This document shows positions 1 through 8,577 of a DNA stretch of 64,000 nucleotides, one piece after another; position 1 is the first letter of the stretch; every line of letters begins with the position of its first letter. The stretch covers positions 9,562 through 73,561 of the forward strand of contig LBPS01000002.1 in assembly GCA_000990325.1 (NCBI GenBank), written 5' to 3'. Origin of the DNA: Candidatus Nomurabacteria bacterium GW2011_GWE2_34_25. GTDB taxonomy: Bacteria; Patescibacteriota; Minisyncoccia; Phycocordibacterales; UBA9973. The position numbers and the translations under genes are program-made. A model generated the notes under the pieces. It made no database searches and was not told the DNA's origin. It worked only from the letters and a program-made list of their open reading frames with translations.

Positions 1-27
1 GTGCCGAAAACTAAAGACAAGTAAAAG

Positions 28-135
28 AGAAGACGGAGAATATTAAAAATAAACTCGCTTATCCCTCTCCGCAAGTATTAACTTGCTCCGGCGCGCCCAC
101 ACCTACTCGTTTATTTTTAACATTCTCCGTCTTCT
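28..135. repeat. Miniature inverted-repeat element with 27-bp arms
   Basis: AGAAGACGGAGAATATTAAAAATAAAC (28-54) and its reverse complement at 109-135 with 1 mismatch; internal hairpin GCAAGT-ATTA-ACTTGC at 71-86. Confidence 0.75.
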
Positions 136-170
136 AACCCAGCCCTAAGCAACGCTTAGGGCTGGGTTTT
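136..170 (+). terminator. Rho-independent terminator
   Basis: AACCCAGCCCTAAGC-AAC-GCTTAGGGCTGGGTT perfect stem followed by T run. Confidence 0.75.
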
Positions 171-218
171 GTATTTGCATAATAACCAGTTTTTAGCTAA
201 TATATAAGAGTTTAACAT

Positions 219-292
219 CCGCCCTTAGCTCAGTTGGTTAGAGCATCGAGCTTATACCTCGAGGGTCCCACGTTCGAATCGTGGAGGGCGGA
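219..292 (+). tRNA. tRNA-Ile(UAU)
   Basis: Acceptor CCGCCCT/AGGGCGG, A73, anticodon arm TCGAG-CT-TAT-AC-CTCGA, T arm CCACG-TTCGAAT-CGTGG. Confidence 0.93.
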
Positions 293-300
293 CAAAAATA

Positions 301-328
301 AAAAATCTCACAGTTATGTGAGATTTTT
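301..328. terminator. Bidirectional terminator between tRNA-Ile and recG
   Basis: AAAAATCTCACA-GTTA-TGTGAGATTTTT hairpin between convergent genes. Confidence 0.7.
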
Positions 329-2604
329 TATTCAAAATGCAATTTTAAATTCTTTTCCAAAAGTGTTTTTCCTAAAATAGGGTATTTCTTTAAATCTTCA
401 TCTTTCTCTATTATTCTAATAGCTTCTGTGCGGGCTGCTTCTACCATTTTAATATTCTTAATAGCTTCCATTCCTAAGTCTGTAATACCCCATTGTTTGT
501 CGCCAGAGAGAAGGCCAGCCCCGCGAAGCTGTAAGTCGAGCTCGGCAAGCTCAAAACCATTGGTAGCCTTAGTCAGAGCTTTTAGTCTATCTATGGTTTT
601 TTCACTTTTAGCATCAGCAAATAAGTAGCAGTATGACTGGTGGTTTGAACGGATGACTCGACCCCTTAGCTGGTGGAGCTGAGCAAGTCCGAACCTTTCA
701 GACCCTTCTATTATTATAACTGTTGCATTTGGAACGTTTACTCCGACTTCTATTACAGAAGTAGAAACAAGGATGTCTATTTTCTTTTCTGCAAAGTCCT
801 TCATGACCTTTTCCTTCTTATCCTTGGTCATTTTACTGTGCATTATATCAATGTTGTAATTTGGAAAAATATCTTTCTTGAGCCTCCTAGCTTCGGTGGT
901 TACTGCTTTGAGATCGGACATATTGTTCCCGTCAGCACGCAATAAAACCTTACTAGGTTTTTTACTAGTACTCGGACCGTCGTCCTCTGTAATGCTTCCT
1001 GGAATAATATGTCCGACCTCTTCGCTACCTTCTATCTTCGGACAAATAACATAAAGCTGTCGGCCCTCCGCCAGTTCTTTTTTAATTTTTTCATATGCTT
1101 CGACTCTTTTATTTTCAGGAACTATTTCGGTTATTACTTTTTTACGTCCCTCTGGCATTTCATCTATAATACTTAAATCTAAGTCTCCGTAGATAGTGAG
1201 AGCCAGTGTACGGGGGATAGGGGTGGCCGTCATGGAAAGATAGTGTGGGGCATGTCCGTCCTTTTTGGCAAGTTTCATTCTTTGATTTGTTCCAAAGCGA
1301 TGTTGCTCATCTATGATAACTAGACCCAAATTTTCAAATTCTACAGTTTTGGATATGAGAGCATGAGTACCGACAACTATCGGTATCTCTCCATTTTTGA
1401 TCCATTTGAGGAGCTGACTTTTAGAAATAGTTGTCCAAGTTTTTACTTGTGCTCCGTTCTCCCATCTTGCAGACTTGCTTGGGTATTTCCGACATCCAGA
1501 GCCTGTCATAAGAGCTATGGAAATACCTGTATGTTCAAAATACCCTATAAAGTTCTCAAACAGTTGCGTTGCCAGCACTTCGGTCGGAGCCATGTAGGCA
1601 ACTTGTAAATTACCAAAGTCTCCATATCGTGAAGTACCAGTTGTATTCTTTATAACTGCATAAGCAACAGTTGCAGCGACGAAAGTCTTACCAGACCCCA
1701 CGTCTCCCTCGATGAGGCGTGACATAGGCTTGTCTTTCACTAGGTCGTCTAGGATAGTATCGATAGCACCTGTCTGTGCTTTAGTCGGGGTGAAAGGGAA
1801 ACGGGAAATAAAGTCATTGATATCTTTGTGCGGAATTTTTAATTTATATGAAAAGAGTGATTCGTATTTTTTCTTTTCTTGTTGGCGAGCAAGTTGGACG
1901 AAGAAGACTTCTTCAAATGCGAATCTTTTGCGAGCAATCTCGGCATGCTCTTTCTTTTGTGGCATATGAACCCAGAATAGAGCCGTATGTAGGGCCGGTA
2001 ATTTGTAAGTATTTAATATATCAGTAGGGATGTAATCTAGAATTTTTGTCGTACAATCCTGTTTGAGTATTTTTTGTATTGCATGATAAAACCATTTAGA
2101 AGTTATACCACGAGATTCTCTATATACAGGGAATCCAAATTGAGTCTGTGCTCCCTTATTGCTGAAAAGTGAATCATGAATATCTATCGGAAGGATATCC
2201 TCTTTTGTTATTTCCGGGTTTGTAAGAGTAAGTCCATATGTTTTACTCTCTGTTACTTTGCCCGTTACTCGCACAGTAGAGCCCTCCTTCAGCATCTTTG
2301 CTAAATATGGCTGATGAAACCAAACTATGTTTATGGAGCCTGTTAAATCCGATAGGATTGCTTGGCCCATAGGAATCTTACTCTTAAACCCTTTTTTAGT
2401 TTTGAGGCTTGATATTTTCCCTAGGATTGTAACATTTTCTCCATCAGCCAGAGTATTTATATTCCTTACTTCACTGATATCGCTATATCGAGACGGGAAG
2501 TGATAAAGTAAGTCTTTCAAAGTAATGAGATCCAATTGTCTCAAAGCCTTTTTTTGATTTATATCGATTCGAAAATGATTTTCGATTTTATCAGCAAGAT
2601 TCAT
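328..2604 (-). CDS. recG: ATP-dependent DNA helicase RecG
   Basis: OB/wedge N-terminus, GDVGSGKT, DEQH, MTATPIP, GLAQLHQLRGRV motifs; likely start MNLADK at 2604. Confidence 0.96.
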   Translation of the reverse strand: MNLADKIENHFRIDINQKKALRQLDLITLKDLLYHFPSRYSDISEVRNINTLADGENVTILGKISSLKTKKGFKSKIPMGQAILSDLTGSINIVWFHQPYLAKMLKEGSTVRVTGKVTESKTYGLTLTNPEITKEDILPIDIHDSLFSNKGAQTQFGFPVYRESRGITSKWFYHAIQKILKQDCTTKILDYIPTDILNTYKLPALHTALFWVHMPQKKEHAEIARKRFAFEEVFFVQLARQQEKKKYESLFSYKLKIPHKDINDFISRFPFTPTKAQTGAIDTILDDLVKDKPMSRLIEGDVGSGKTFVAATVAYAVIKNTTGTSRYGDFGNLQVAYMAPTEVLATQLFENFIGYFEHTGISIALMTGSGCRKYPSKSARWENGAQVKTWTTISKSQLLKWIKNGEIPIVVGTHALISKTVEFENLGLVIIDEQHRFGTNQRMKLAKKDGHAPHYLSMTATPIPRTLALTIYGDLDLSIIDEMPEGRKKVITEIVPENKRVEAYEKIKKELAEGRQLYVICPKIEGSEEVGHIIPGSITEDDGPSTSKKPSKVLLRADGNNMSDLKAVTTEARRLKKDIFPNYNIDIMHSKMTKDKKEKVMKDFAEKKIDILVSTSVIEVGVNVPNATVIIIEGSERFGLAQLHQLRGRVIRSNHQSYCYLFADAKSEKTIDRLKALTKATNGFELAELDLQLRGAGLLSGDKQWGITDLGMEAIKNIKMVEAARTEAIRIIEKDEDLKKYPILGKTLLEKNLKLHFE
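914..1016. repeat. Palindromic element inserted in frame within recG
   Basis: TCGGACATATTGTTCC (914-929) and GGAATAATATGTCCGA (1001-1016) are 16-bp inverted arms with 1 mismatch; coincides with extra peptide VGHIIPGSITEDDGPSTSKKPSKVLLRADGNNMSD. Confidence 0.7.
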
Positions 2605-3014
2605 CTGTTTATTTGAATAATAACTTGTGTACAGTGAGAGCAACGCTTGGCATCTATGGGTATTTCACTTAGACACTCATTACACTTCTTTGTTGTTGGA
2701 TCAGATGGAGGTTCTTTGTGTGATCGTGAGACAAGTAAATTCATTGGCTTAACAACAAAAAAGAACACAGAAGAAGCTACCAACAAGAATGATATGAGAG
2801 TATTTATAAAGTGTCCGTATTTAAACTCACTCCCATTGATCGTGAATAATAATCCATTAAAATCAGGAACTTTTGCAATAGCAGAAATGAAGGGAGTAAG
2901 TAGATCTGTTACTAATGATGTAACAATAGTTCCAAAAGCCGCGCCAATAACGACACCGACGGCCAAGTCGACAACATTCCCTCGAAGTAAAAATTGTTTG
3001 AATTCTTTGAGCAT
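2601..3014 (-). CDS. mscL: Large-conductance mechanosensitive channel MscL with C-terminal CxxC..CxxC extension
   Basis: LKEFKQFLLRGNVVDLAVGVVIGAAFGTIV signature. Confidence 0.96.
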   Translation of the reverse strand: MLKEFKQFLLRGNVVDLAVGVVIGAAFGTIVTSLVTDLLTPFISAIAKVPDFNGLLFTINGSEFKYGHFINTLISFLLVASSVFFFVVKPMNLLVSRSHKEPPSDPTTKKCNECLSEIPIDAKRCSHCTQVIIQINR

Positions 3015-3062
3015 AAAAATACCTTATTATTTAATAATATAAATTATAGCATATTTTATTTG

Positions 3063-3149
3063 CGGAGGCGGTGAGATTCGAACTCACGGTACCGATTAAA
3101 GTACGACGGTTTAGTAAACCGTTGATTTAAACCACTCATCCACGCCTCC
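3063..3149 (-). tRNA. tRNA-Ser(ACU)
   Basis: Reverse strand GGAGGCG...CGCCTCC-G73, anticodon arm ACGGT-TT-ACT-AA-ACCGT, long variable arm, GTGAG-TTCGAAT-CTCAC T arm. Confidence 0.9.
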
Positions 3150-3283
3150 TCACTTCGTTCGTCGGCGTGTCTTCGTGTCCTTCCGGACCCTTCCCTCAAG
3201 CTAGTGCTCACACATAGCTTGTCGGATAAAAGTATCCGAACGGATGAAATATAAAGCAGTTTACATTTCATATCCACGCCTCC
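3138..3283 (-). repeat. Structured element bounded by a 12-bp direct repeat of the tRNA-Ser 5' end
   Basis: ATCCACGCCTCC at 3138-3149 and 3272-3283; three internal hairpins including 3244-3271. Confidence 0.7.
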
Positions 3284-3374
3284 AATTTTTCTATCTTAGC
3301 ATATTTATCTTTAAATATAAAATTATAATTTTTGAGTAAAAATCATTAATATGATAAGGTATAATTGTAACAAA

Positions 3375-3461
3375 GGAGCCGTGTCAGAGTGGTCTAACGT
3401 ACCTCTTTGCTAAAGAGGCAGGGTGTAAAAGCCCTCGCGAGTTCGAATCTCGCCGGTTCCG
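3375..3461 (+). tRNA. tRNA-Ser(GCU)
   Basis: GGAGCCG/CGGTTCC-G73, anticodon arm CCTCT-TT-GCT-AA-AGAGG, long variable arm. Confidence 0.94.
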
Positions 3462-3551
3462 CATTAGTTATTTTACTGCAAAGTTTGACAAAAATCATAT
3501 AAAAAGTAATGTATATAAAAAAGTAAATCCTAAATTTTAAAACATATCAAT

Positions 3552-4241
3552 ATGGATAAAATAGTTGAGGTAATGCAGTTTCATCACAATGCCGTGGTAG
3601 AATCACTAAGATATAAGAGAGGCATTGATTACTATCCAGTGGACAGAATTCATACTTATGAATATTTAAAATCTTTTCCTGAATGGACGGAGAAGATTGG
3701 AAAATATTTTGAAGAACTTCACAGTGAATCTTTAGGTGTGGTCCATGTAGATATATGTGGGCGAACTGAGGCTCAATCTCTTGGGGCTGACAAAAGCTAT
3801 TGCTTTTCACTGAAAGCATCTGACATTACTAGAGCTTTTGCTCCTCCCCATCAGCTATTCTTTGATGGTGATATTTTTAACACAACAGATTTTTCAAGTT
3901 TTATTAAGTTGATAAAAGATGAGAAGCCTGCTTTGATCACTTTTGAACCTCTTGCTGGGTTAGAAGATCACATGAACTCACCAGATAAAAATATCACGTA
4001 CAGCATTCTTTTGAAAAGACTGAGGTCTCTATTGAAGGTAATGCAGTCTGGTGGTTTTATCTACATATCGAAACCATTCAATGATATTGATATGGTGGTG
4101 GAGTTTATGGAAGGCAAATCACAATTCGAGTACACTTTCACTCATAAGTTGAAAGAATTTGTCAAAAGTTTGGATTGTCGTATTGAAGTTATTTCTTCGC
4201 TTGGCGGTCCATATTTCTTAATACAAAAGCTTAACTCCTAA
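3552..4241 (+). CDS. Hypothetical protein, possibly a degenerate methyltransferase-like fold
   Basis: 229-aa ORF with upstream TTGACA (3485-3490); VHVDICG weakly resembles SAM motif I. Confidence 0.6.
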   Translation: MDKIVEVMQFHHNAVVESLRYKRGIDYYPVDRIHTYEYLKSFPEWTEKIGKYFEELHSESLGVVHVDICGRTEAQSLGADKSYCFSLKASDITRAFAPPHQLFFDGDIFNTTDFSSFIKLIKDEKPALITFEPLAGLEDHMNSPDKNITYSILLKRLRSLLKVMQSGGFIYISKPFNDIDMVVEFMEGKSQFEYTFTHKLKEFVKSLDCRIEVISSLGGPYFLIQKLNS

Positions 4242-4282
4242 TAAGATTTAAGCTTTTTAATTTTTTGATAAAAGTATGTTAA

Positions 4283-5581
<1,299 letters not shown>

Positions 5582-5587
5582 AGTACC

Positions 5588-5729
5588 GGGCTTCGAGTCG
5601 AATAGCTCTCTTAGGACTATTCTATCCCTTAGGTGATTCTGGTGAATCAAATTCTCTGCTGAGATTTTGCTCTTCTCGGTCCGTCGACCTGCGAAAGGCA
5701 TTTTTCAGAGACTATTTGGCTCTACGCCT
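5588..5729 (+). ncRNA. Structured RNA candidate, 6S RNA-like rod with central bubble
   Basis: GAGTCGAATAGCTCTC pairs with GAGACTATTTGGCTC using G-U pairs that favour the + strand; unpaired central region, AGGT/ACCT stem, terminal hairpin CAAATTCTC-TGCT-GAGATTTTG. Confidence 0.45.
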
Positions 5730-5771
5730 TAAATGCTTTTATTTTTGACTATTTTAAGTTACAATAAGTAT

Positions 5772-5948
5772 ATGGATTTTATACAAACATTAATACAAAC
5801 TATCTGGGCTTCAATATTATTATTAGGCTGGATTAAAGTTGCTATCGTGGTTGTCGCTATTTTATTTATTTCTAAGTATCAAGGCCTGCTGGGACTTCTA
5901 GCGACTGCTTTATTCATTGCTTACTTGGCTCATTGGATAAGTTTTTAA
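5772..5948 (+). CDS. Small membrane protein
   Basis: Hydrophobic 58-aa ORF starting MDFIQ, TACAAT -10-like box just upstream. Confidence 0.65.
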   Translation: MDFIQTLIQTIWASILLLGWIKVAIVVVAILFISKYQGLLGLLATALFIAYLAHWISF

Positions 5949-6000
5949 TTACTAGTTATAAAATACCCTGTGAGGCAAAGTCCAACAGGGTATTTGTTTT

Positions 6001-6029
6001 TTGACAAAAAGCTAATAATAGGTTATATT
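6001..6029 (+). promoter_or_regulatory. Sigma70 promoter of dksA
   Basis: TTGACA-N17-TATATT. Confidence 0.65.
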
Positions 6030-6074
6030 ATACTCAAATTGAACTAGCGTTTAGTTCAATAAAAATATTCTTTT

Positions 6075-6452
6075 ATGAGTGAAAAAAACAGATATTCGGA
6101 AGACGAGTTAGGAGAATTTAAACAACTAATTCTCGACAAGCTTGCAAAAGCTCAAAAGGACTACGAAATGTACAAAAGCTCCATAACCCAGAGCGATGGA
6201 AATGACACACAGGATACTGCTCCGACCTTTAAAGTTTTGGAAGAAGGAGCCGCAACCTTGTCTAAAGAGGAAGCAGGGAAACTGGCCCAACGCCAGCAAA
6301 AGTTTATTCAGTATCTGCAAGCCGCTTTGGTTCGTATCGAGAACAAAACTTACGGAATTTGTCGCGAAACCGGCAAGCTGATTTCGAAAGAACGTTTACG
6401 GGCTGTACCACACGCCACCTTGAGTATTGATGCTAAAAACAATCAGAAGTAA
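6075..6452 (+). CDS. dksA: TraR/DksA family transcription factor, Bacteroidota-type, single Cys
   Basis: Coiled coil followed by ALVRIENKTYGICRETGKLISKERLRAVPHATLSIDAK. Confidence 0.9.
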   Translation: MSEKNRYSEDELGEFKQLILDKLAKAQKDYEMYKSSITQSDGNDTQDTAPTFKVLEEGAATLSKEEAGKLAQRQQKFIQYLQAALVRIENKTYGICRETGKLISKERLRAVPHATLSIDAKNNQK

Positions 6453-6540
6453 AAAAACTTCTGAGGGGAGCTTGATTTACGTTTAGTGAATCAAGCTCTT
6501 TCTTTTGAAAAAATAATTTTTGAGGTATAATGCAAAATAT

Positions 6541-6693
6541 ATGAAACCACAATTTAATAAAACATGGTTAGTGATAGCCTTAGTTATTATTGGTAATATT
6601 ACAATTTTTTATTTCATGTCACAAAGTCTTGAAAGCTACGTGGCAGACAACATGATAGAGCATACTCAAATACCCGGAATTTCTGGTATTTAA
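6541..6693 (+). CDS. Small single-TM protein (50 aa), absent from the ORF track
   Basis: MKPQFNKTWLVIALVIIGNITIFYFMSQSLESYVADNMIEHTQIPGISGI*, TATAAT box just upstream. Confidence 0.6.
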   Translation: MKPQFNKTWLVIALVIIGNITIFYFMSQSLESYVADNMIEHTQIPGISGI

Positions 6694-6715
6694 TAGTTTA
6701 TAATTTTTAATATAG

Positions 6716-7258
6716 ATGAAGAACAATAATTTAACAACAAGCCAAGTGATTAAAAAAGATATATGGAAACACATATATAGATTTTTCCCTTGGGTTCAGG
6801 AACATTTTTTAAAATGGCATTTAGTCTGGCATGAAAAGGGCCGTCAGCCTTATCATATTGGATGGTTGGCTCCTGGTAAAACTCTCGAAGAACTTGAAAA
6901 ACATTTACACACGGAATGGGGCTTTGGTAATCACTTCGTGGCCTGGAAGGACAACGGGCAAGTTCTTTCTTGGCGTAAATTAGAAGATTTTGATAATCAA
7001 TATCACATTCGTGTTTTTAAAGATGGGGAGATAAGAGGTCACCACGAATTCACTCCTGAGAGTAAGCCCTTTGATCATTTTGTGGAAATAAATGAAGAAC
7101 AACGCCCAGATGAATTTAAAAAGTTTCTCGGACACTATATCGTTCAGAAGAAATATATATCACATTTGAAAGTTGACAGAAAGACAGCTCCGGATTCAGA
7201 GATAACCGTTGATGACCCACTTGATAAAAATGGAAGACACTATAGACTTGTAAAGTAG
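6716..7258 (+). CDS. Hypothetical protein
   Basis: 180-aa ORF, His/Trp-rich (QYHIRVFKDGEIRGHHEFTPE). Confidence 0.75.
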   Translation: MKNNNLTTSQVIKKDIWKHIYRFFPWVQEHFLKWHLVWHEKGRQPYHIGWLAPGKTLEELEKHLHTEWGFGNHFVAWKDNGQVLSWRKLEDFDNQYHIRVFKDGEIRGHHEFTPESKPFDHFVEINEEQRPDEFKKFLGHYIVQKKYISHLKVDRKTAPDSEITVDDPLDKNGRHYRLVK

Positions 7259-7360
7259 AAAGTTATAAAGTTACAAATAAAATGCGTCGGCGTAACCGAC
7301 GTATTTTATTTATATTTAATATTTTTCCTTTATAAACTTTATAACCTTCAACTTTACAAA

Positions 7361-8560
7361 CTATTTAATCTTCGATTCTGGATAAATTATGTCCCAAAGA
7401 GCACCAGCAACGTTGCGGGGAGTTCCTACGAGGGGGAAGTGGTGGAGGTCTATGAATGGAGCAGAGTTACATTCTATAACTCCACTTCTTGGTTGATCTT
7501 TCCACGAGATCGATACATCGTTCATAATAAAGTCTACTCCGATAAGCGGATCATCGAGTACTTCGGCAATCTTCTCAAGCATTGCTATATTGTCAGGATG
7601 TATGACATCGGTCATATCTGTAATACCACCTCCGACGGCACGACTTGTCTTCTGTCCCAGGGTTACTATCTCTTTGTCTTTTGGAATTGTATCTGGAGTC
7701 TTACCCCAATTGGTAAGTTCTAGGGTAGCTTCATCGTCAAGTTTCAATTGGTGGAAAATAGGTCCGGCTCGAAGCGGATTTTTGTTTTCAATATCTATCA
7801 GTTCTTTTACTGTATGTACACCGTCACCTATAATATAAGCTGGTTCACGACGGAGGCAGGCAACAAATTTTTTACCAATAAGTGTACCTCTAAAGACATA
7901 TCCAGAAAGTTCTTCTTCTATCATAACCCAAGGAGAGAGAAGGTGGGCTGACTTGTAGGCTTTTATAAGTTCTTCTTCTGTTGATATATGAGTTCTCGTA
8001 TGGCGACTTCTTGAGCCTAAGTTTGGCTTTGTTATTACGGGCTTATTTATAGAGTTAAATATTTTAAGAGCCTGCTTCTTACTACTTGCGATACCTCCTT
8101 CTGCTACAGGGATTCCTGCTTTTTTAAAATGTTTTTTCATTTCATTTTTATTGTCCATCCATTCTAAGCCTTTTGGATTGTAGTCTTTAGTACGAGGCAG
8201 AACGTCGAAGAACCGAGTCTCACCTTTAAATTTTGAAGTGAAGATGTCACGGCCAATTCCAAATAGAAGGAATTCATTCATAGCTATATTTCTTTTTTTT
8301 GCTTCTTCCCACAATACTTTAGCCCTTAGGCTATCTTTCTTTGTTGGTTCATATATAAAATTACCTAAGTAGAGTAACGATAAAGTTTTGGTTAATATGG
8401 GTCCTAGCCATTCGAGCTTGTCTTCTGGTATAAGTCTGCCCATCCAGTTTGTCCAAGGCTCGATCATGGCACTTAGCCAGATAGAAATATAAACAAGTTT
8501 ATGATTCACCTGTGCCCCTCCACAATCCGCACAATAATTCTTCTTTTTTGTATCTTGCAT
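7361..8560 (-). CDS. ATP-grasp ligase, cyanophycin synthetase/GshAB-like, no Mur domain
   Basis: PVITKP, RREPAYIIGDGVHTVKELID, GVDF, VIECNSAP. Confidence 0.85.
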   Translation of the reverse strand: MQDTKKKNYCADCGGAQVNHKLVYISIWLSAMIEPWTNWMGRLIPEDKLEWLGPILTKTLSLLYLGNFIYEPTKKDSLRAKVLWEEAKKRNIAMNEFLLFGIGRDIFTSKFKGETRFFDVLPRTKDYNPKGLEWMDNKNEMKKHFKKAGIPVAEGGIASSKKQALKIFNSINKPVITKPNLGSRSRHTRTHISTEEELIKAYKSAHLLSPWVMIEEELSGYVFRGTLIGKKFVACLRREPAYIIGDGVHTVKELIDIENKNPLRAGPIFHQLKLDDEATLELTNWGKTPDTIPKDKEIVTLGQKTSRAVGGGITDMTDVIHPDNIAMLEKIAEVLDDPLIGVDFIMNDVSISWKDQPRSGVIECNSAPFIDLHHFPLVGTPRNVAGALWDIIYPESKIK

Positions 8561-8577
8561 GGATATATAATATCAGA

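Noticed and set aside
428-1969. Short + strand ORFs inside recG, and similar antisense ORFs throughout the track
   Set aside because: They are shadows of well-supported genes on the opposite strand or frame, with no recognisable motifs.
3150-3271. Group I intron in tRNA-Ser
   Set aside because: The tRNA is already contiguous and complete, the segment is short, and I see no group I core elements.
3056-3277. 73-aa ORF over tRNA-Ser (also ORFs at 25875, 26134 and 26571 over tRNAs)
   Set aside because: They overlap clear tRNA genes and are by-products of GC-rich structured RNA.
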